Positions 58,183 to 64,000 of a stretch of DNA of 64,000 bases are shown here, piece by piece. The notes under the pieces are model-generated. The model made no database searches and was not told the origin of the DNA. It saw only the letters and a list, made by a program, of their open reading frames with translations. The DNA comes from an uncultured Lachnospiraceae bacterium (lineage in GTDB: Bacteria > Bacillota > Clostridia > Lachnospirales > Lachnospiraceae), in contig CANQRR010000005.1 of NCBI GenBank assembly GCA_947626285.1, positions 15,256 to 79,255 on the forward strand, written 5' to 3'. The number at the start of each line of letters is the position of its first letter. Position 1 is the first letter of the stretch. The translations under genes and the position numbers were made by a program.

Positions 58183-59961
58183 TCACTCAAACTGCGACGC
58201 GTACAGCCGGTAATAAAACCCTTTCTGCACCATCAGCTCGTCGTGCGTGCCCTGCTCCACAACATCCCCGTGGTCGAGCACCAGGATGCGGTCCGCGTTC
58301 TGGATCGTCGAGAGCCGGTGCGCGATCACAAAACAGGTCCGCCCCACCATGAGGGAGCGCATCGCCTGCTGCACCTGCCGCTCCGTGCTCGTGTCTACAT
58401 TGCTGGTCGCCTCGTCGAGGATCAGCATCTGCGTGTCGTAGAGCATCGCCCGCGCGATCGTCAGCAGCTGCTTTTGGCCCTTACTGATATTCGTGCCGTC
58501 CTCGCTGATCACGGTCTGGTAGCCGTCCGGCAGCCGCATGATATAGCTGTGGATCCTAGCGGCCTTCGCGGCGGCGACGACCTCCTCCATCGTGGCGTTT
58601 TCCTTCCCGTAGGCGATGTTTTCATAGATCGTGCCGCGGAACACCCAGGTCTCCTGCAAGACCATCGCGTAGGCGCGGCGCAGGCTGTCTCTGGTGAGCA
58701 TGCGGATCTCATGCCCGTCCACCAGGATCGCGCCAGCATCGACATCATAGAATCGCATCAGCAGATTGATGATCGTGCTCTTGCCCGCGCCGGTCGATCC
58801 GACGATCGCGATCGTCTTCCCGGCGTCCGCTTTCAGATCCAGATTATGTAAGATCGTCTTCCCCGGCACATAGCCGAACGAGACATCCTTCATCTCAACA
58901 TCGCCCTGCACGTCCGTGAGCGTCTTCGCGCCATAGATATCCTTCACCTCTTCCGGCTCGTCGAGCAGGCGGAACACCCGCTCCGCCGCGGCAAGCGCCG
59001 AGTAGATCTCGTTGATAATGTTCGCAATCTCGTTGATCGGCCCGGAGAACTTGCGGGAATACAGCACGAACGAGGAGATCGGCCCAAGATCCACGATCTT
59101 CCACAGGTAAAGCAACGCGCCTACCAGCCCGATCAGCGCGAGCCCCAGATTGTTGATAAATCCGACCGTCGGCCCCATCGTCATGCCGAGCGTGTCCGCG
59201 GCGTGGTAGGCGTCCGCGGCGGCGTGGTTGATCGAGCTGAACTCCCCACAGACCCCGTCTTCATAGGCATAAGCCAGGATCGTCTTCTGTCCGGTGAACA
59301 TCTCCTCGACGAAACCATTCATGCGCCCGTAGGCTGCGCTGCGCTTCGCATAAAGCGGCCGGGTCCTGCGCCCCATCCGCGAGGTGTACAAAACGGCCAT
59401 CGGGATCGTCACGAGCATACACGCCACCAGCGGCAGCGAGATCGCGCACATCATCAGGAAAGAACCGACCACCGTCACGACGCTCGTGATGATCTGCACG
59501 ACGTCCGTCGACAGACTGGTCCCGAGCACGTCGATGTCGTAGCTGACCCGGCTGATGATGTCGCCCGCCTGATTGCGGTCAAAAAATCCGACCGGCAATG
59601 TCATGAGCTTGTCGAAGACGTCCCCTCGCATTTTCTGCGCCACGCGCCGGCTGACGCGCATCATCCCGATGTTCACGAAAAACGTCAGAAGGCCGCTCGC
59701 CACATAGGCGATCAGCATGCATCGACCGTAAAAAAATACAACGTCGAAGTCCACTTTTCCTACTCCAGCTCCGGCGGCGTGGATCGCATGTCCGGCAAAA
59801 CCGGGCCCGAGCAGATTTCCGAAATTGCTCAGAAAGGCGCAGGCGGTCAGACCGATCACCGCCCAGCGATACTCCTTCAGATAGGACAGAATACGCCGCA
59901 GTGTCCCTTTCGTGTCCTTCGGCCGTTCTTTCTTTCCTCCGCGGTCCCCCGGTCCCGGCAT
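58183..59961 (-). CDS. Heterodimeric ABC exporter subunit (TMD plus NBD, consensus site)
   Basis: GSTGAGKST, ISKGQKQ, LDEATS and IAHRLST motifs; probable start MPGPG at 59961. Confidence 0.95.
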   Translation of the reverse strand: MPGPGDRGGKKERPKDTKGTLRRILSYLKEYRWAVIGLTACAFLSNFGNLLGPGFAGHAIHAAGAGVGKVDFDVVFFYGRCMLIAYVASGLLTFFVNIGMMRVSRRVAQKMRGDVFDKLMTLPVGFFDRNQAGDIISRVSYDIDVLGTSLSTDVVQIITSVVTVVGSFLMMCAISLPLVACMLVTIPMAVLYTSRMGRRTRPLYAKRSAAYGRMNGFVEEMFTGQKTILAYAYEDGVCGEFSSINHAAADAYHAADTLGMTMGPTVGFINNLGLALIGLVGALLYLWKIVDLGPISSFVLYSRKFSGPINEIANIINEIYSALAAAERVFRLLDEPEEVKDIYGAKTLTDVQGDVEMKDVSFGYVPGKTILHNLDLKADAGKTIAIVGSTGAGKSTIINLLMRFYDVDAGAILVDGHEIRMLTRDSLRRAYAMVLQETWVFRGTIYENIAYGKENATMEEVVAAAKAARIHSYIMRLPDGYQTVISEDGTNISKGQKQLLTIARAMLYDTQMLILDEATSNVDTSTERQVQQAMRSLMVGRTCFVIAHRLSTIQNADRILVLDHGDVVEQGTHDELMVQKGFYYRLYASQFE

Positions 59962-59986
59962 CGTCCCCGCCTCCTTTCTGCTGTCT

Positions 59987-61810
59987 TCACGCAAGCGCTC
60001 CCATCTGTGTATGATAGATATCTTTGTACTCCGGGCAGGTCGCAAGCAGATGCTCGTGGCTCCCGTAGCCGATGCAGCGCCCGTCGTCCATCACGAGAAT
60101 ATTCGTCATGTTCATCACGGAGCTGACGCGCTGGGCGATCAGGATCGTCGTCGTGTCCCTGTGGCGCTCCAGTATGGCTTTTCGCAGCGCCGCGTCCGTC
60201 TTGTAGTCCAGCGCGGACGAGGAATCGTCCAAGATCAGGATCTCCGGATTCGCCGCCAGCGCACGTGCGATCAGCAGGCGCTGCTTCTGCCCGCCGGAGA
60301 GGTTCGCGCCCTTGATGTCGGCGACGTAGTCCAGCCCTTTCTCCAGTCCGTCGATGTACTCCGCGGCCATCGCATCCTGCACCGCGTCCCGCAGACCCTC
60401 CTCCGTCACCTTCCGGCCGAACGAGATGTTCTGCCGCAGCGTGTCGTTGAACACCATGTCGTTCTGGAACACCACGCCGAACCTGCGGTGCAGCTCATCC
60501 TTCGGATAGCTGCGCACGTCGCGTCCGTCCACGAAGACGCCGCCCTCCTGCGCGTCGTAAAAGCGCATCAGCAGATTGATGACCGTCGTCTTCCCGCAGC
60601 CGGTCGGGCCGATGATCCCCAGGCTCTCGCCGCGCCGGATCGCGAAGCTGATGTCGTCCAGACATTTTTCCCTGATGCCTTCTGCCTCGTCGCTCCCCGC
60701 CACACTGTCCTTGCTATGCCCCCTTCCCGGAGTATCCGTTCTTTTTTCGCCCGACCTGTCTTCAAGCATCGACGCATCCTCCCCGTAGCGGAAGCTGACG
60801 TGCTCGAAGCGGATGAACTCGTCCCCGGACGGCTGCTTTGCCTCATCTTTCCCGACCACTTTCAGGTCCTCCGGCGTCGCGAGCACCTGCGCGATGCGGT
60901 TCGCAGAGGCCGTCGCCTTGCTCAGCATCATAAAGATGCGGTTCAACCCCATGACGCCCTGCAGTACCATGTTAAAGTAAGTGAGGAAGGCCAGGATCAC
61001 GCCCGGCTGGGCCGCACCGCTGTTCACACGGGCCGCACCGAGGAAGACCACGAGCGTCAGCCCGACGTTCAGGCAGAGCTGCATGATGGGCCCCGGCAGC
61101 GCCATGACCGTCCCGGCCAGAATATCGCTGTCCGCCATCGCGTCGTTGTATTCCGCGAAGCGCCGCTTCTCATATTCCGTCTTCGAGAGCGCCTTGACCA
61201 CGCGGATCCCGCTGATGTTCTCCCTCATGACGCGCACGACGTCGTCCAGCCGCTGCTGCACCTTGTTGTAGAGCGGAATACCATAGCGGGATACGCCGAA
61301 GATCACGAGCAGCAGGATCGGCAGCATCACGCAGAGGATCGCGGCGAGCACCCGGTCCATCATCAGCGTGACGATGATGCCCCCGATCAGCATGATCGGC
61401 GCGCGCACGCAGAGCGTCTGCAGTGTCTGCGCACAGGACTGCACGTTGTAGCTGTCGCTCGTCATACGGCTGATCAGGCTGGGAAGCCCGAGCGCGTCAA
61501 ACTGATTCCCGGACAGATTCGCCGTCCGTGAAAACAGATCCTGTCTGATGTTGTAGGAAATGTTGTGGGCGTTGTCCACGGCTCTTTTGTTGCCCGCGAT
61601 GTTCAGCGCGCGCGTCACGAACGCCGTGGCGATCATCAGGAATCCCCACAGGACGACCTCGTGCAGAACGCCCCTGGGAACTGTGACGTCAATGATATGC
61701 TCAAGAATATATGGGAGCAGAAGCTCCGTCATCGTCGCGAGAAGCTTCAGAAACACAACGATGGCGATCGATCTGCGATATGGTTTCATGTAGTCGAAAA
61801 ACAGTTTCAT
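59987..61810 (-). CDS. Heterodimeric ABC exporter subunit (TMD plus NBD, degenerate site)
   Basis: GPTGCGKTT, LSGGQKQR, LDDSSS and IAQRV motifs; ~35-aa insert before Walker A. Confidence 0.95.
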   Translation of the reverse strand: MKLFFDYMKPYRRSIAIVVFLKLLATMTELLLPYILEHIIDVTVPRGVLHEVVLWGFLMIATAFVTRALNIAGNKRAVDNAHNISYNIRQDLFSRTANLSGNQFDALGLPSLISRMTSDSYNVQSCAQTLQTLCVRAPIMLIGGIIVTLMMDRVLAAILCVMLPILLLVIFGVSRYGIPLYNKVQQRLDDVVRVMRENISGIRVVKALSKTEYEKRRFAEYNDAMADSDILAGTVMALPGPIMQLCLNVGLTLVVFLGAARVNSGAAQPGVILAFLTYFNMVLQGVMGLNRIFMMLSKATASANRIAQVLATPEDLKVVGKDEAKQPSGDEFIRFEHVSFRYGEDASMLEDRSGEKRTDTPGRGHSKDSVAGSDEAEGIREKCLDDISFAIRRGESLGIIGPTGCGKTTVINLLMRFYDAQEGGVFVDGRDVRSYPKDELHRRFGVVFQNDMVFNDTLRQNISFGRKVTEEGLRDAVQDAMAAEYIDGLEKGLDYVADIKGANLSGGQKQRLLIARALAANPEILILDDSSSALDYKTDAALRKAILERHRDTTTILIAQRVSSVMNMTNILVMDDGRCIGYGSHEHLLATCPEYKDIYHTQMGALA

Positions 61811-61894
61811 AACAAGGCTCTATCCCTGAGAGAATCACTGCGATTATACCATTTTCCTCCAAAGATGTCACCAACAATCTTGCAGCCTTTTCGC

Positions 61895-62593
61895 TCACTC
61901 CACCCGCAGCATGCGGTAACCGATGCCGATGTGCGTCTGAATGTACTGCTTCGCCTCCGGGCCGCTCTCCAGCTTTTTGCGCAGCGTCGCCATAAACACA
62001 CGCAGGGAGGCGACGTCGTTCTCCCAGCTGCTGCCCCAGATCTGCTGCGTGATGTAGGTGTGCGTCAGCACCTTGCCCATGTTGCGCGAGAGCAGGCAGA
62101 GCAGCTTGTACTCGATCGGCGTCAAATGCAGCTCCGTCCCGGAGAGCCAGGCGCAACCGGCCGCGTAATCGATCTTCAGATCCCCGTTCTCGAAGACTGC
62201 GTCGTTCTCTTTCTCCTGTTTTATCAGCGCAAAATGGCGCTGGGTCACCCGAAGGCGCGCCAGCAGTTCCTCCACGGAAAACGGCTTTGTCAGGTAATCG
62301 TCCGCCCCCGCGTCCAGCGCGTCGATCTTGTCCGTGTCCTCGCTTCGGGCGCTGATCACGATAATCGGCATGTTCGACCAGCTGCGGATCCTCTTTATGA
62401 CCTCCACGCCGTCCAGATCCGGCAGGCCGAGATCCAGAAGGATCACGTCCGGATTGTGGGAAGTCGCCTGCAGGATCGCGTTCTCTCCGTTCTCCGCGGT
62501 CAGATAGCGGTAATCATGCGCCTTCAGCGTCGTCGTGATCAGGTTGCGCACCGGCGCGTCGTCCTCGACCACAAGCACAAGATATTTATTCAT
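61895..62593 (-). CDS. kdpE: KdpE-like OmpR-family response regulator
   Basis: LDLGLPD, DYLTKPF, LTPIEYKLL, LRVFMATLRKK and THIGIGYR motifs. Confidence 0.9.
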   Translation of the reverse strand: MNKYLVLVVEDDAPVRNLITTTLKAHDYRYLTAENGENAILQATSHNPDVILLDLGLPDLDGVEVIKRIRSWSNMPIIVISARSEDTDKIDALDAGADDYLTKPFSVEELLARLRVTQRHFALIKQEKENDAVFENGDLKIDYAAGCAWLSGTELHLTPIEYKLLCLLSRNMGKVLTHTYITQQIWGSSWENDVASLRVFMATLRKKLESGPEAKQYIQTHIGIGYRMLRVE

Positions 62594-64000
62594 GAAGCTG
62601 TACCTCCTTGACCGGCAGTGTGAATGTAAAGACCGCCCCATGCGGTTCGGCGTCTGATACACGGATCTCGCCTCCGTGCGCAGTCACGATCGACTTGCAC
62701 AGCGCAAGCCCGAGTCCCATGCTGCGCCGACCGTCCGTCACCGGATGCTCCCCGGTGTAGAACAGTTCGAAGATCTGCGGTTTCATCTCGTCCGGGATGC
62801 CCGGCCCGTCGTCGGCGACGCGGACCACCGCCATGTGATCCTCCTCACGCACAGAGATCGTGATCGTCGAGCCAGGCTGCGTATATTTGATGGCGTTGTT
62901 GACCAGGTTGATGATCACCTGCACGATCAGCCGCGCATCCATCTGGACCAAGAGCAGCTCGTTCTCATTGCGCACAGTGATCGTATGCTCCGACTTCCTG
63001 CGGTCGATGTGCCGCAGCGCCTCCGCGATGACTTCATCCATCAGTTCCGCGTCCCGGTGGAGCTTCACGCCTCCGCCTTCCATCCGGGTGACCGAGAGCA
63101 GGTTCTCGACCAAGGTGATCAGCCACATGGAGTCGTCGTAGATATCTGTGTAAAGCCGCTGCTTGGTCGCCTCGTCGAAATGCTCTCCGTTCGTCATCAG
63201 ATTGCTCGCGTTGCCGGAGATCGAGGTCAACGGCGTGCGCAGGTCGTGCGAGATCGTGCGCAGGAGATTTGCCCGGAGCTGCTCGTTCTGCGCGAGCACC
63301 GCGGCGGCCTCCTTCTCCCGCGCGTTCTTCTCATTCTCCAACGCGAGCGCGCACTCGCCCAGGATCGACATCAAGATGCCGTTCTCGAACGCGTCCACCG
63401 GATTGTCCTTCACATCGATGCCGGCCACTCCATAGAGCATATCGCCGAGCCGGATCGGATAGTAAAGCCTCGTGTCCGTGTTTCCGCCGGACAGAAGCTG
63501 CTCCAGATCGCAGTCCTCCGGAAGGGAGATCGCCACATCCCTGCCCGTCAGCTTCGAGAGCTGGTCCGCCGTCGCGCGGACGATCGCCTCCCGTCCGGAC
63601 GCGTGCTGCAGGGACTGGTTCGTGTCGAGCAGGATCCTGGTGCTGTAGGCGCTCTGGGCCGACTGATACGCGAAATTCTTCATCCGCGCCGCCAGCGTGC
63701 CGGTCAGAAGCGACGCCAGCAGCATGACGAGAAACGTCATCGGATAGCCGATGTCGTAAGCCAGAAGCGTATAGCGGGGATCCGTGAACAGATAGTTGAA
63801 CACGAACACGCTGGCCACCGACGCCAGAACACCGTAGACCATGTGCTCCGTCACGACAGAGGTGATCAAAACGCCGAGAATGTACACTGTGATGATGTTG
63901 GCCTCCGAGAGTCCCCAACGGTAAAACAGCAGACTCAGCGCGGTGGCCATCACCATGGAAAGAAGAAACTTTACCGTGTCGGATACCGTGAACCAATGCG
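62586..64000 (-). CDS. kdpD: KdpD-like sensor histidine kinase (5' part lies outside the window)
   Basis: Frame is open to the window end; four TM helices (EANIITVYILGVL), ISHDLRTPLT, NLVNNAIKYT, DDGPGI and GLGL motifs. Confidence 0.9.
   Translation of the reverse strand, partial: HWFTVSDTVKFLLSMVMATALSLLFYRWGLSEANIITVYILGVLITSVVTEHMVYGVLASVASVFVFNYLFTDPRYTLLAYDIGYPMTFLVMLLASLLTGTLAARMKNFAYQSAQSAYSTRILLDTNQSLQHASGREAIVRATADQLSKLTGRDVAISLPEDCDLEQLLSGGNTDTRLYYPIRLGDMLYGVAGIDVKDNPVDAFENGILMSILGECALALENEKNAREKEAAAVLAQNEQLRANLLRTISHDLRTPLTSISGNASNLMTNGEHFDEATKQRLYTDIYDDSMWLITLVENLLSVTRMEGGGVKLHRDAELMDEVIAEALRHIDRRKSEHTITVRNENELLLVQMDARLIVQVIINLVNNAIKYTQPGSTITISVREEDHMAVVRVADDGPGIPDEMKPQIFELFYTGEHPVTDGRRSMGLGLALCKSIVTAHGGEIRVSDAEPHGAVFTFTLPVKEVQLHE

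Noticed and set aside
4694-60045. N-terminal extensions in the ORF track for stp, rsmB, Zn-peptidase, murE, esterase, Ig protein, kinase, ABC and kdpE
   Set aside because: Downstream starts have proper RBSs and match the family N-termini, and several extensions run through promoter or terminator elements.
385-63996. Many long ORFs antisense to or overlapping real genes (e.g. 8672-10129 +, 16711-18609 -, 30129-31679 +, 52557-54383 +, 59912-61531 +)
   Set aside because: These are shadow ORFs expected in high-GC3 DNA: no RBS, no family motifs, and fully overlapped by well-supported genes.
1-64000. rRNA, tRNA, tmRNA, transposase, integrase, prophage or defence genes
   Set aside because: None was recognisable by eye; a tRNAscan or Infernal run would be needed to exclude small RNAs formally.

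Overview
A 64-kb chromosomal window (roughly 60% GC) from a Clostridiales/Lachnospiraceae-type Firmicute, with almost all genes on the minus strand. From left to right it holds: (1) a conserved core block (lgt 5' end, ychF, rsgA, PASTA Ser/Thr kinase, PP2C phosphatase, rlmN, rsmB, Zn-peptidase, fmt, def, priA, murE); (2) a J-domain protein with a His/Cys-rich insert, a YitT protein and pckA; (3) a glucuronoxylan/hemicellulose utilisation locus (YesMN-type two-component system, LplABC-type ABC importer, acetylesterase, GH115, Nudix, GH31, DUF2974-like lipase); (4) gltBD; (5) an accessory envelope cluster (amidase, second Ser/Thr kinase, repeat-rich Ig-like surface protein, YARHG protein, TcaA-like protein, CPBP protease); (6) a low-GC acyltransferase gene carrying two frameshifts; (7) an Amt-PII fusion, HAD phosphatase, an unannotated small membrane protein behind three LexA boxes, GH1, carD, an ABC exporter pair and kdpE/kdpD (truncated by the window edge). 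I found no rRNA, tRNA, CRISPR array or intact transposase. The strongest candidates for new biology are the LexA-controlled 134-aa membrane protein, the kinase plus Ig-repeat operon with its ~235-nt structured leader, the His/Cys-rich J-protein, and a promoter/leader motif shared by amt and gltB. All family assignments come from recognising motifs by eye; no searches were run.
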